NCBI GenBank assembly: GCA_965235115.1
Contig: OZ249436.1
Location: 40,610,001 to 40,674,000, forward strand
DNA: 64,000 nt
Direction: 5' to 3'
Source: Laetmonice hystrix
Lineage: Eukaryota
Shown here: in pieces, positions 39,501-53,263 of the stretch
Position numbering within the stretch: position 1 is the stretch's first letter
Layout of the letters: each line of letters opens with the position of its first letter
The notes under the pieces: model-generated
Databases searched by the model: none
What the model was told of the DNA's origin: nothing
Seen by the model: the letters and a program-made list of their open reading frames with translations, nothing else
Made by a program: the position numbers and the translations under genes

Positions 39501-40472
39501 CGCGGGTATAGCATGCTGTTAGAACGCCGGGGGTGGCGAGAGACCCCCCTGACCCCTGGCATGGTCAGCGGTTACAGGGGGCTGGACTTTACTTTGTTTA
39601 CGGTTTCCATTGAGCTGATCAGACACATAAAACATGGGCTGAACGCTATAACCTTTAAGGGACATTCTCTGCTCTTTTGTCGTTTATCTTTTGCTTTCCA
39701 GACAGTGCGAGCCCCTAGACTTTCAGGCCTAGTGCAAATTTTTGTGAAGCGAAGCCATTAGCGTGCCTCTGACTTCTGATTCTTTATGTGGGGCCAGGGA
39801 CGCAGCCACAGATGAATGGAGATCGGCACAACGAGGCCCTACATCACGTGCATACAAGGAATGCCGCTCTGCTGGCTGGCTTTCTTCCTGACTATAGTCA
39901 TTTTTGTGTCACTATCAGTCCCTGTTGGGTCAGCCTTTAACATGCTTAGCTTGCATGATACGACTCTGTGACCTGAATGGTCCATTCTTTCAGTGACATG
40001 GTTTAAATGAGTGATTTGCTGGCATCTAGCTAGTTTTCCTGTTGCACTTATGATTTTCGCCCTCTGCTTCCCGGTTTGTGCTCTTTGATTTCGCCCTTTT
40101 TCCTTCCTGCATGATCTGAACCGGAAGTGGTTCTATCTAAAGGAATCCTATGTAGTTTTGAGTTACGAGAAGGGCTATCTTACATCATACAAACCCGGTT
40201 TAAACTTTCTTGCATAATTAACCTACTCTAGAGATATACTCTCGCCTGGGAACTAATTATGAACTTTGCGAAGTAACTTAGAATTATTTTTCTATTAATC
40301 TGTAGCCCTCAGTAAAAACGTACGCCATGCAAAATGCAGACATGGGTTGTTAGGTCAGATAAGGCCTTATAGACTACATAAATCAATAAATGTATACTAA
40401 AAGAAACGAAGAAATCTAATGAAATTCTACATTCCAGTTGCCTGTTTTCGCTTTGAAGCGATCGGCTTGTGA

Positions 40473-40605
40473 CTGCATGGTTGTTGACAAAATCGTTGAC
40501 CTGGCATTGACTTGAACAGACAATGAAATTCCTGGCATCCTCCGATGAATTTCATTGGCTGTTCAAGTCAATGCCAGGTCAACGATTTTGTCAACAACCA
40601 TGCAG
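40473..40605. repeat. Long inverted repeat (59-bp arms, 1 mismatch, 15-nt loop) in paralog A intron
   Basis: ctgcatggttgttgacaaaatcgttgacctggcattgacttgaacag-a-caatgaaattc is followed after 15 nt by its reverse complement. Imperfect pairing extends to about 40461-40617. Confidence 0.95.
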
Positions 40606-43600
40606 CCATAAGACGATTTCTCCATTTCTGTATTTCTGTATTTATTTATTTATTTATTTATTGATTTAAGTAGTCGACATCTACCTATACAACCAATGTC
40701 TTCATTTTGGAGTCATTGAATTAAGAGATAGTCGAGAATGGCTTTAAGATAAGAATGTATAACACTAAAAGAAAATGATTTTTTCTCGAGTCTCATTGAC
40801 AGGATACCAAGTGACCAAAAATCGACATTTTTTAGAGGATATATGGTCACCATAAAGACATAATATACTGGCGTGATGTATAAGTAACGGTTCACCTTCT
40901 CCTGTAAAATAGGGCAAGGTTATTCCATACAGCCAGTATTCCAGTGACCTCGGTAATGCTGGCAAGGGTTCAGCTAACCACAATGTTGTCGGACAGCACA
41001 GTACGACTGTCTGGCTGAGATGTCTGCCCGACACATCCCACTATGAATTCTGACCACTGACGATCCGCCTACAACGACAAAAGGTATTCACCCTTCCTGT
41101 CACCAAACTATCATCAGGGACCGACTCAAAAAGTCATAATTAACACCTGCCAGGCCACCCACAAGGATCGTCAATCTTCCTCCTACTTCTCCCGGTCAAA
41201 ACTGATATAAAATGGCACATTCTACATTTGAACCATGTGTGAATGCCATCATTTCCCTCCGATTTCCCGACACGAAAGTCGGCACTGCAATACACATTAA
41301 GTGAAACCTGATTCTCCACGCGCCACTATTGCGTGGTTGAAGAAAAGGTGGCATGCGTTGTGTTTGAGGTCCACATCCCATCTCACACTGACACCTGCCA
41401 GATCTTATCGAGCCGAGGATCCGCAGTGCTACAGTACCGCTCTGACGGATCCCTTTCATGGCGCAATCCAGTTTGATTGGTGGCAACTTTTTCATGGCCG
41501 CCAAATCGCACCTGATAACAAAAGTACCGATATTTGGCCGGCTGCTGCGGGTCTTTTCATGGACATTGGATGGAAACTGGCTTGAAATGTCCATGTCTGG
41601 TTTGGATCAGAGGAAACTATGGCCAGTTGTGTGGTGGGAGGGTGTGGGGCGGGGTGCGGCATTCACCCAGCGTGAGGATGGGCGGGGAGGTCGTACTGGA
41701 GTGGGCCGGGTCGTTTGACAAGGTGGCAGACATCGCTCGCTGAGCGTCCTTGGTGTTCAGCCAGAGAGGTGCGGCAGTGAAGACCCGGTGTCGCCCCCAG
41801 CGGGCCGCTACGTCTGGCACCTACACGTGTGGCCCGGCAAAAAAAGTTCAAATCCAAACCAGCTGTGCTTTACTTGAACTGCTTCTTCACATTCTTTGTA
41901 GTCATGTAACTACTGCCTCAAGCGGACACTGACTACGAAATATGATAATCTACATTGAAGTCTTGCATGTGCATTTAAATTACCGGTAGGTCAACTTAAA
42001 AAATTACCAGTTTGTGCCACATGATGGTTCATGCGTTTTTAATAGGACTGTAAGGATTTTCAACTGGTCATATTTTACTCATTAATTTCCTTGTGATTAA
42101 TTACACATTTGTACTGTGAACGTGTAAAGAACGCAGAAAGAGGGGGTGATTGTTGGACATAGAGATCTTCTAGCGGCTGTGTTTCAAGCACCAGTAGCTC
42201 TAGTATACATTGTACATCTCCCGAATACAATGTGGGCACAATACCAAGTCCTTGTCATGATCAAAACGGTAATAATGATTCCTGCTACCCTTACATATGG
42301 TGGCAGCATGAAGGAGCGTGGGTAAATACCCCTGGGGCCCGCCAAACCCTCTCGATGCCAGCCACATGATGTGGTAAGGAGAAACCAACAGGCCCCAAGT
42401 GCTGCCAATGCTGGGCGTATTTAGGGCAATTAGGCATCCCCTGTGTGTCAGAGCTGTCGCCATGTTTCAGTCGGTCATTTACGGCGCTATTCGTTGATAG
42501 TTGGCATGCGACTGCTGCTGAGACCACAGCTTCCAGACCGAGCGTTGATATAGACGTATCCTTATGATGGGCACGTGTAATTTTCTCCCGGACAGGCCAG
42601 TGGTCAGAATCACCAGACTGACATATTAGTGGTTATCTCCACGTGTCATCACAAACACTGAGTGAGCCACGATTGACTATATCAACGTGTCTATGAACCT
42701 GGCCGTGCTATCCGTCACCGTCGCCGGCCTCAGGCCACCGTCCGTGATAATTAACCTATCACTGTTTGTGTTTAATTGGTATCACATGGTATGTCATGGG
42801 TACATGTGTCATAATGAAACTACCGCCAGACGCGTGGGTAATGTGATTATTGTCGGGGTCTGAGAATATAACGTGGGAGATATATCTTTGTGAAGAAACT
42901 TCGCCACGGTGGGCAGCCATGTAATCATGCAGGAGGCTCAGGTGACAGCTAAATGGTAATTGTAGACAACTTGGCAAACTCAACTTCTACTTTTTACCGT
43001 TGCCAAAACCGAATTCTTCTTCTATTGACAGGACATTCTATATCTGGCCGATTTCTTCATCAAAGCTTTCCTTTTCAAAGAATATATTTTTTTATATTAT
43101 AACTTCTATATTATTATATTCAATAGCGAACCGGGCAATGACTCACACAGCAGACTGTATTGACAGAGAACTCCACCTTTAAATACAGATCGAGGCAGAA
43201 AGCCCCCTACTTGGCTCCACACAAAATAATAAATAACTTTCAAAGTCACCTCTCACAATATAAAGATTTTACTAGAAGGTAAATATCCTACAGGGTATAC
43301 AAATAGACAACTTTCAAACCACAGCAATACATCTTTAATTTTGGGAGCAAACAAAAATCTTGGCATGTTCAGGAGGCGTCTCCCTAAAGGCATGGGCACC
43401 TGCCAACAGAATTAAGGTCCACCTTGTACCGGTACTTCTTTACTTCTTTCTCAGCGAGTTGGCATGGCGAGGGACACGACTTATCATTCACCCCCCCCCC
43501 CACCCCCCCCACCCCACCCCGTGAAAGCTGCGTGCCAAATGTGGACACACTTAGTGACATGAGAAACGCTATCTGATTGAGCCGCCAATTTCTATTATCA

Positions 43601-44144
43601 AGTAACGCAAACCCTAATTAGCTGATACTGCGTCAAATTGAATCAAGTATACTTTGACAACCATTTTTCTATTTAAACTGAACAGTAAGATCAGCTGCTC
43701 ATGCAGAACAATTTCGGAGGTTTAAAATCATGTGCTTGTCAGATAGAAGTAAACAAAAAATTGTAAACAATGGGAAGGTCTACGTTATCTTTAATGGGCT
43801 CAAAGACCTAAACACTTTTCCACTCAATAACTAATATAAGATGATTACTCATTGACATATGGGATTAACCCGTCGTATGCCTATATACTGCATGGTATTT
43901 GAGTGTGGGAAAATGTTATGTTTGTTGCTACTGGTGCCAGCATTATCCAATTGATTCAGTGTATGACCCGTATTTAGGATTCATAATCACCATGTATACT
44001 ATGAGAAATGTGCATTAATTTAATTAGCTATAGTGTAATCTTGGCAAAGGAGAGTAGTCATGCAGTACAAATAAAAGAAACAAATGTTCTTCAGTTACGG
44101 GGTTCAATACAATGACAGAACTTTCTGGTTTCTTCATGATAACG

Positions 44145-45869
44145 CTGGATATATCCATAGAAACCGGACCTAACATCTTGGTGCTGTTTGGAATGTCCCT
44201 GGTGGTATAGGCTCACCGTGACCGACTACATCTGGATATATCCATAGTTCATCCATAGAAACCGGACCTAACATCTTGGTGCTGTTTGGAATGTCCCTGG
44301 TGGTATAGGCTCACCGTGACTGACTACATCTGGATATATCCATAGTTCATCCATAGAAACCGGACCTGACATCTTGGTGCTGTTTGGAATGTCCCTGGTG
44401 GTATAGGCTCACCGTGACTGACTACATCTGGATATATCCATAGTTCATCCATAGAAACCGGACCTGACATCTTGGTGCTGTTTGGAATGTCCCTGGTGGT
44501 ATAGGCTCACCGTGACTGACTACATCTGGATATATCCATAGTTCATCCATAGAAACCGGACCTGACATCTTGGTGCTGTTTGGAATGTCCCTGGTGGTAT
44601 AGGCTCACCGTGACTGACTACATCTGGATATATCCATAGTTCATCCATAGAAACCGGACCTGACATCTTGGTGCTGTTTGGAATGTCCCTGGTGGTATAG
44701 GCTCACCGTGACTGACTACATCTGGATATATCCATAGTTCATCCATAGAAACCGGACCTGACATCTTGGTGCTGTTTGGAATGTCCCTGGTGGTATAGGC
44801 TCACCGTGACTGACTACATCTGGATATATCCATAGTTCATCCATAGAAACCGGACCTGACATCTTGGTGCTGTTTGGAATGTCCCTGGTGGTATAGGCTC
44901 ACCGTGACTGACTACATCTGGATATATCCATAGTTCATCCATAGAAACCGGACCTGACATCTTGGTGCTGTTTGAAATGTCCCTGGTGGTATAGGCTCAC
45001 CGTGACCGACTACATCTGGATATATCCATAGTTCATCCATAGAAACCGGACCTGACATCTTGGTGCTGTTTGGAATGTCCCTGGTGGTATAGGCTCACCG
45101 TGACCGACTACATCTGGATATATCCATAGTTCATCCATAGAAACCGGACCTGACATCTTGGTGCTGTTTGGAATGTCCCTGGTGGTATAGGCTCACCGTG
45201 ACCGACTACATCTGGATATATCCATAGTTCATCCATAGAAACCGGACCTGACATCTTGGTGCTGTTTGGAATGTCCCTGGTGGTATAGGCTCACCGGGAC
45301 TGACTACATCTGGATATATCCATATTTCATCCATAGAAACCGGACCTAACATCTTGGTGCTGTTTGGAATATCCCTGGTGGTATAGGCTCACCGTGACTG
45401 ACTACATCTGGATATATCCATAGTTCATCCATAGAAACCGGACCTGACATCTTGGTGCTGTTTGGAATGTCCCTGGTGGTATAGGCTCACCGTGACCGAC
45501 TACATCTGGATATATCCATAGTTCATCCATAGAAACCGGACCTGACATCTTGGTGCTGTTTGGAATGTCCCTGGTGGTATAGGCTCACCGGGACTGACTA
45601 CATCTGGATATATCCATAGTTCATCCATAGAAACCGGACCTAACATCTTGGTGCTGTTTGGAATGTGTGTGGTCTAGGCTCACCGTGACTGACTACATCA
45701 GGATATATCTATAGTTCATCCATAGAAACCGGACCTGACATTTTGGTGCTGTTTGGAATGTCCTTGGTGGTATAGGCTCACCGTGACTGACTACATCTGG
45801 ATATATCCATAGAAACCGGACCTGACATCTTGGTGCTGTTTGGAATGTGTGACCGACTATATCTTGATA
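44145..45869. repeat. Tandem minisatellite, 98-bp unit, ~17.5 near-identical copies, in paralog A intron
   Basis: Unit catagaaaccggacctgacatcttggtgctgtttggaatgtccctggtggtataggctcaccgtgactgactacatctggatatatccatagttcatc. Starts every 98 bp from 44156 to 45626, then at 45721 and 45808. Confidence 0.97.
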
Positions 45870-48083
45870 CAGTTTACTTATCAAACGCTGTGCAAATTAT
45901 CACTCATCTCAGACGACGTGAACACATTGCTTCGATGTTTGCCACTGTATCAGTGTGGTCAGAGGTGTGGCGTATTGACCGACTTATTGGGTGAGGGGGG
46001 GGGGGGGGTGGTGGGGCTCGAGTCGACCTGAACATACCTGAGCTTTCGTCAGGTAAACATGTAACCCCATATAAAATTGCTGCCCTTTTCCCAAGCGAGC
46101 GGAGAGACGTGTCCATGCAGAGCGGGTCTGTTACTAACACATGCACGCAACATGTACACCGGGCGGCCGCCCTTTGAAGTCACTGTTGAAGGAGGTTGGA
46201 GATTTTCAGCATCACTGACTTGTCTCCAAGCATTCTGACCAGCTTCTGCTCCACCCTGAATTCCTGAACCTGTGAACCAAAGCACTGACTTGGTTCTAGC
46301 AATGTCCCCTTTATTATCAAATAAAACCGATAGGGGACAGTCGTGTTTCCTTGTTAATGTGACACTGATGCAATAATAAAACTCTTAACAAAATGGTCTC
46401 AAGAAATGTACCGTAGAAAACTGCCCCCTCGCTTAATTTCTTCTTTGGGGCTATCATTTCAGTATGCCATTGTAATTTTTATAATTGCTTGGGAGGAGGG
46501 GGGGGGGCATATGTGGTTCCCAGTTTGCTAATATTTCACCAACAGAGATTATGAGGGTAAAATATGCTGAGAACTAAATCTTGATACTAAGGTATTAATT
46601 CAATACGTCAGATTGATATGTTCCTAAAGTGAATCGTGCGTGCGTGACACAGATATACGGATACAAATTACTGGGGAGGGCCAGGAATTCTCTTCTTCTT
46701 ATGGATGCGGTGTAAACAAGGGGTTTGTGTTGACTGGTTTCAAAGTGTGTCAACCCTCCACATGCACCTGCGTCAGCCAGTCACGTCTAAACGTCAGCCA
46801 TTCACATCTACATCAGCCTTCACCCATTCAAGCCTTGATGGATGCCATGGTAGGAACCTCTGGCCTTAAAGAGAAACCTGTTCCTCTGCCTAACACAGCC
46901 GATCTAGAAATTTTTCTTCCACCCTGTGTTAACCGATGTTCTCACGGTTCAAGTAGCACACCCTGCTGCTGTCTACAAGACAGTTAGACCAGTCACTTGC
47001 CTATCACTTTTTTCGATTCTTTCCATTTTTTGTCGGTTGCTACTTCAGACTGAACTATACTTGATCAAAGTGTGTACTCCGTGACCCCATACTACTCCTA
47101 TCCCTGTCCCTGTCTCTGGCTGAGACTGTTTATGGTCACCAGAGCTCCTCCAGCTCTGCAGCGCGGCTGTCAGGACATGCCAATATGTCACTTGATAAGA
47201 GGGAAACATGGATGATATCTTCAGTCGATAATCCAGACAACGATAATCCAGGCAACGTCTTCCCGCCAGACGCCATCTTCACCGGGAACTGACACCTCCT
47301 GTTATCTCACATGTTGTCGATTTTCATAATCTTTCAGAAAAATAGTAATCCTCATGTGTTAGCATTTTGTGAGCAGAGAGCTTTTGTTATATCCTGAGTA
47401 ACTCACTTAGAATAGTGCGAACGCTTGGCAGTAAAAGGTAATGAACCTCAGGCACAGTGCGAATAATTATCATCCATTTTTCATTGTGGCCCTCTTCCCC
47501 CAGTTGCCGTGTGGCCCATTATGAGGGGACGGTAATGGTTATAGTCGGGCGGTCGTCTGGCCGAGGGCGGGTCGGGAGGAGGTTAAGTTGGGTTGACAGT
47601 GTTTACCTTGGTCCCTGCTGGGAGCCCCGCCAGGGTATCATTGGGTGAGACGTCGGGGCAAGTATTCCTGGCTTATCCTAGGATCAGCACGGAGACCAGC
47701 GGCTTATCCTTGGATCAAAACCCTGGGGGTTAACACCATGGGTGTGGGGCTGGAGGAGCATGCCACGTACTGACACCAACAGATGCTGTACGACACGTTT
47801 GACGCCTGCTTAGATCATGAGCTACAGGTTGGTCCCCTCCCACAAACCACCTAACTCCAGTCAAGGGCCAAGGTCAAGCTGTTAGCTGGGGGTGCTGAGG
47901 GAATTACATTATGGGAACTCATGTTGGTGGCGGGAAATGACACACCTAACCATCTACGAACAACAATAAAATGGTAAGTTCAGACAGTTCAGATGTGTTT
48001 TGTTATATGTCTGTCAAACAGGCCTACCATATCCTTATTTCGAAACACTCACAAAAAGGTATTTTAGCAGAGTGTCTAAACCT

Positions 48084-48706
48084 AGGTTCTCACTGCTGCT
48101 CCGGAGCAACTTCCCCCGGGGCAACCTTCTGGCTGAGGTAATCCTGTGAGAACCTGCCCTTAATCATGCCTTAATGTCTTAGGGCAGGCATAGACCTACG
48201 GGGTAGGTTCACACTGAGGATTTACCCCGGGTAATACCCGGGTCAGTGGTGGTGACCTGTATGTGAACGCGCTTAGCCCGGGGTAACTTAGAACAGAGGG
48301 GCGGCCGAGTTACCTCGGCAAGAAGGATTCCCCGGGTCAATTTGACCCGGTGTCGCGGTCTGTTTTCTCCGCCGGTCTGTAATCTCCGGGTACAAGGTTT
48401 CCTATTGTTTAGAGGCCGACCCAGACGGGGTGAGCAGGCGCGTGTCGCAGTTTGGGCTCACACCTCCGGTCGTCTGCTAGCTGATGGGCGGTGGAGTTTT
48501 CTTCTAAACAGTAATAAACGACAGCCTCGATAGGCAAATTGTGGACCAAAACTGACGGAGGAGAAAGGGGTTATTACGTGAGACTCCATCCTGACCTGAT
48601 AGTTTACCGAGAATGATACAAATACACACGACTCTGCAGCCAACCTCCCGGAGATTTCAGACCGCGGAGAAAACAGACCGCGACACCGGGACAGCAGTGT
48701 GAGCCT
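48084..48706. mobile_element. Composite inverted-repeat element, possibly a PIF/Harbinger-like non-autonomous element
   Basis: Outer IR aggttctcactgctg versus aggctcacactgctg (13/15). Inner ~45-bp IR at 48346-48390 versus 48646-48690. Several CCCGGG palindromes. The superfamily call is inferred from end style only and no TSD was seen. Confidence 0.6.
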
Positions 48707-51426
48707 GGCCTAATACTCTCCTCTTTACATTAAAAAACAAAACCACATACAGTATATCAATAGTGTATCCGATTTGTTAACGATCCCTTACCTGGGGACC
48801 TTTGCCTTGTTTTTCATTGCCCATAACAATCCAATCTTGAAGAATATGTTATCCACATAAATCAGTAAGATAAGCAAGGGCAACTTCGTGAAGAGGTCAG
48901 GAGGTCAGGCCGATGGTAACACTTCACCAAACGCCGGGACCCTTACGTTTAGAGGGTCCCAGCCTCAGGTTTTCTCTCACGATATCGACTTTTGCTTCAA
49001 TCAAAATGGTCAGTCCTCGAGACAAGTGTGTAAAGCATGTTTTTATTGATTGCATCAAAAAAACAATAAAATCCTGACAGAATACTCATGTATGGGTTCG
49101 GCTGAGGGCAAAATAATAGGCAGAAGGACGAGGATAATAACATATTGCCCATTTTATATGTTCGTATAATGAACGACCTTATCGTATGTACATGTAAAAA
49201 GGGACAAGGTTAGACAATGTCACAGACATAATACATTCTGCCTGAAAAGGACATGACACGACAGACAAAAAATGTTAATAGACATCTACAAGCGAGTTTT
49301 AGGTTTCACCTCTCTTAATACGTTCGTATGGGCCGGCACACGACAGAAATGTGTTTATGTTTGAAACCACAGCACACCATGCCGGCTGCACATCCTGATG
49401 GTGTCACACTGCGAGGTGTAGCGTTTCCGACGAGTCAGGATCTGGAAGGACTGGAAGGACCAGATTTAGCGATGTTTGAGCCGCAGGGTGTGGGCTCAAA
49501 GACCAGTGGGTAGGCGGTCTGTGGCCGGTCGTCCGGCCGGGAGCGGGATGGGTGGGCGGGCGGACGGGCGGGTGGTCTTCTGGGCGGTATACGTACGACA
49601 CGATCAGGCATCCTGTGGTATCGGTTACTTGCCCGCCTGATGTCATGAGATTTCAAAAATCAGAGACACCATCTTCTTTCTAACGCCTGTTTCAGTGCAT
49701 GCCGGTGGTCTCGGTCTGACCCACATAATGCAACAAGTGACCATAGTGTAATTATAATCAATTGTTCTGCTCTTGAAACCAATTGCACCTGCAATGATAC
49801 CATACCAAATCAGTACAGTCTTCAAGTGTTTATTAATTATCTTGAAATACAATGGAGTTTAGAAGTGATTAGCAAACAGCGAGCCCGATTATGGAGGTGA
49901 ATGACGCTGTAGCTTTAAAACGGGAATCGCTATGATCAGGAGATATATATTTGCACTTGAATGTGTCACAGTTTATGACCATTTGTGACCGACACCCAAC
50001 TGAGCCTGTATAATCTTAAGAGGCCTGAAGTGGCACTAATCGTGGCCATTTTATGTAGCTGATAAATGTACCAATGACTGACACCTTTGTTAGTGGTCAT
50101 TCAAATGTGACCAAGGGAGCCTGGAAATAACCCCTATTAGCCCGGTGATACCCACAGCGCCGTTTGGGGGCAGTGACACTGGTAAATAGACAGACCAGAT
50201 ACCAGTGCTCACCTGTCACCTAGCACAGGTAGGATCTCCCTCCTCTCATCCGGTGTACGACAGGCGCTGATCCGGACAGGTGATAGGGACGTGTGTGGGG
50301 ACGCTGTCCGTTGTGGCCGCTGCCCCTCTGTCTGGTCCCCGGTGGTCAGTAGGTATAAAGGGCATGATGAGACGTGGCAGATATCACGTTGTCCTATCGG
50401 CTCGCTGGTCTGTGGGCTCCGAGCCTGATAGAAGGGTGGCAGTGATTGTGATGTCTGGCCCTGATCTACCATTGTGGGCCTGGGATACAATAGGAGCCAT
50501 ACCCACTATTACTAATGAACCCTCCCATGCTTTTCAAATGCCGGACAAAAAGCCTTTCACTCATACAATGGGATGCATTTCCCGCAAAACGATACTGCAG
50601 GCTATTTATTAGTTCAAATGAGAGAAGGGTTACTTGGTACCATTTTAACGTTAAATCGCTTGACAAATAGGCAAGAGTTGCAATTCAAAAAAAACTTTTT
50701 TTAAAGATTCTGAAGCCGCAAGGCAGTTTGAATAAGGTTTAAAAAATTCCCTGAATCCCTCAGTTATCAGGATCGAGGTACAATATAATATTATGACCTG
50801 ATATTGAATTTAGCCCACCATGTTATCACAACGATCACAAATATCTATATTTGTTCCGAAGGAGCATGGCCATCTCATCATGCACTATACTGCAAGAGTG
50901 TGGTAAAGATTTTCAATCCGAGAGAATTTTATCAAAATTTTGATCTTCACTTTCGTGGTTTTCATATACGCTTTTGAGACCCCACATTGCTTGTAGGGGA
51001 GGGGGGGGGGGGTGCGTGTGTGTGAAAATATTTCCGGGCGAAGAGAGCATCTATGTCATACACCAACCATCCCCAGCTGCACCCGAATAATCGAAGGTTA
51101 TGTTATTCTACATAACCCAGACTGTGCCAGCCTCCCCGGGTCCTCCAACCCGGCCACTTGTGCGGTTTTCCCCGTGCCTCACTGACTCAAGTCGCCGCCA
51201 CATACCCCCTACTTACTTTGCCATAAACTGACTTAAATCATTTTCCTATAGGTGGCTGCTATATCTCAAAATTTAAATGATCTGCGGATGTAGTCTGTGA
51301 TAAAATGTCAGCAAAGTGTGGGAATGTTCAGCGCCAATCAGGCGGGGAAAGGGGGTGGCGTTTATAGCATTGCGTGATGACAGGTTGGAGAGCTATATCG
51401 AGGTGTTAAGGTCGACGTTGGCAATA

Positions 51427-52481
51427 CAGTTAGTTCCACTTAACCCGAACTTTTGGGGAAATCGAAAAAAGTTTGGGTTAACCGAAAATTCGGGTTAACC
51501 GAAATGGCCCCATTTAGGCTCGTAACCATTAGACCTATGTCAAAGTGAAACCGCTGTACATGTATATGGTGTATATTTTACCCAAAAAAATCGCCTCATT
51601 TTATTGGTTCAGCTTAACATAAATATCGATATATAAAAGGGCTTCTTTAATGTTGGGGTAGGCTGACTGTCGGATTTTCTTACGGGCCAAATTGCCGCAA
51701 CCTTGGTCACGCTCAGCAAAAATCTGAACACGACCATCCGGCTGCTTTCACTGAGAAATAGTAGTAGGGGGTATACCCAGGGGCGGATCTAGCTTTTTCC
51801 GTTAGGGGGGGGTTCAACATGTTTCGGGGTAACACAGACGTGACCGTACGAGTGCCGAAGGCGCGAAGGTTGCAAGCGCCGAAGGCGCAAAGCCTTCCTA
51901 GGGGGGTCCCGGGGCATGCCCCCGGAAAATTTTGAAATTCAAGGTGTAATTTCTTGCAATCCGATACATTTTGGAGCACAAAATAAGCTATTCAATGACC
52001 AATGCGACCAAGGGCAAAAGGGCCTCCTCAAGTCCAACAGCATCTTTGGCTATAGCATGAAATCCTGCCGAGTGTAGCGAGGCAAAAAAAAAAATTTAGG
52101 TGGTTTTTTATCTTGCGACTAAAGAAAAAAAACTTCTAAATTATAATGGTAAGTTAAAATGTTTGATCTATTGAATAACGTACAAGAGACAGCAGCAAAG
52201 AGAAGAGGTGTGACTCAACACTTACAGAGGTGTGATGTGTAAAGTGTTGCCTGTGTATACCTAGTCTGAGATTGTGCAAACAAAAAGTTTGGGTTAACTG
52301 GAAAAAATGCCTCTTTGGAAATAAAAATCAGTTCAGGTTAACCGAAATTTCGGGTTAACCGAATTCGGGTTAAGCGGACAAAATAGACAGTATTAAATAG
52401 GAAATCTGCAGGGAAATTGAAAAAAGTTTGGGTTAACCGAAAGTTTGGGTTAACCGAGTTCGGGTTAAGTGGAACCAACTG
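51427..52481. mobile_element. Tc1/mariner (pogo/Tigger-like) non-autonomous element, 1055 bp, TA TSD
   Basis: TA|cagttagttccacttaacccgaact ... agttcgggttaagtggaaccaactg|TA (one mismatch). Many internal gggttaaccg motifs near both ends. No transposase ORF. Confidence 0.85.
51778..51977 (+). mobile_element. Truncated CAGGGGCGGATCTAG-type element nested in the 51427-52481 element
   Basis: Starts caggggcggatctag, similar to the 13457 end, followed by gccgaaggcgcg...ctaggggggtcccggggcatgcccccggaaaattttg. No matching right end was found and the right boundary is approximate. Confidence 0.5.
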
Positions 52482-52945
52482 TATGTGGCCGGTGGGCATG
52501 GAGCAGCAGCCCTGCACTTAGGTTGGGGGTTCAGGGTGAGGGTTCCACCCCCACCGCTCCCCCGGGGGTACGGATGGCGGGGTCAGAGGTGTACCCCGTC
52601 TGTGAGAATCCCCTGTCCTGTCAACACCGCCGCCCATGGGAATTACGACTTATATGTCGCCCACAAACATATGAACGCACACATGAATGAACCCCTAAAC
52701 TGTCCATCATCTCGTACTTTTCAATTTCTGCACTAAATGACAGAGGACTGGGACTGAACATGCACGATGCTGGATTTTACACACCACAGCCCATTCCAGC
52801 ACCATCAATGGGTCGCTGATATGAAAGTTGAAAAAGGGCGGATCATCAAATAACTTCCACATGGAACCTTCTCAGCTTCAATTTTTTCATAAAAATAAAA
52901 CAGCAAACCCCTTCTCAAACATAATTCGTGGTAATATGTTTTAGA

Positions 52946-53263
52946 CTCTATAAATCACTGTTAACTATAGGAGTAGGTAGAGCCTGACATATAAAAAATA
53001 ACCCCGCCGTGATTTTGGAATCGGAATTTTCGGACTAGCTCCAGCTAGACCCCAGATGCCAGGAATAAGAAAACTGCAGAGGGAGACTTTATCACCCAGT
53101 CTGGTTACTTCTCTATAAGTCAATGTTAACTATAGGAGTAGGTAGAGCCTGACACATATGACCCCGCCGTGATTTTGGAATCGGAATTTTCGGACTAGCT
53201 CCAGCTAGACCCCAGATGCCAGGAATAAGAAAACTGCTGAGGGAGACCCAGTTTGGTTACTTC
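52946..53263. repeat. Tandem duplication, ~165-bp unit, 2 copies
   Basis: ctctataa(a/g)tca(c/a)tgttaactataggagtaggtagagcctgaca...ggaataagaaaactgc(a/t)gagggagac starts at 52946 and 53111. Confidence 0.9.

Noticed and set aside
40920-41720. Possible LINE remnant (LP...RDRLKKS-like and LIGGNF-like peptides)
   Set aside because: The resemblance needs frameshifts, the fragments are too short, and their order is not that of an intact ORF2. Not supportable without a database search.
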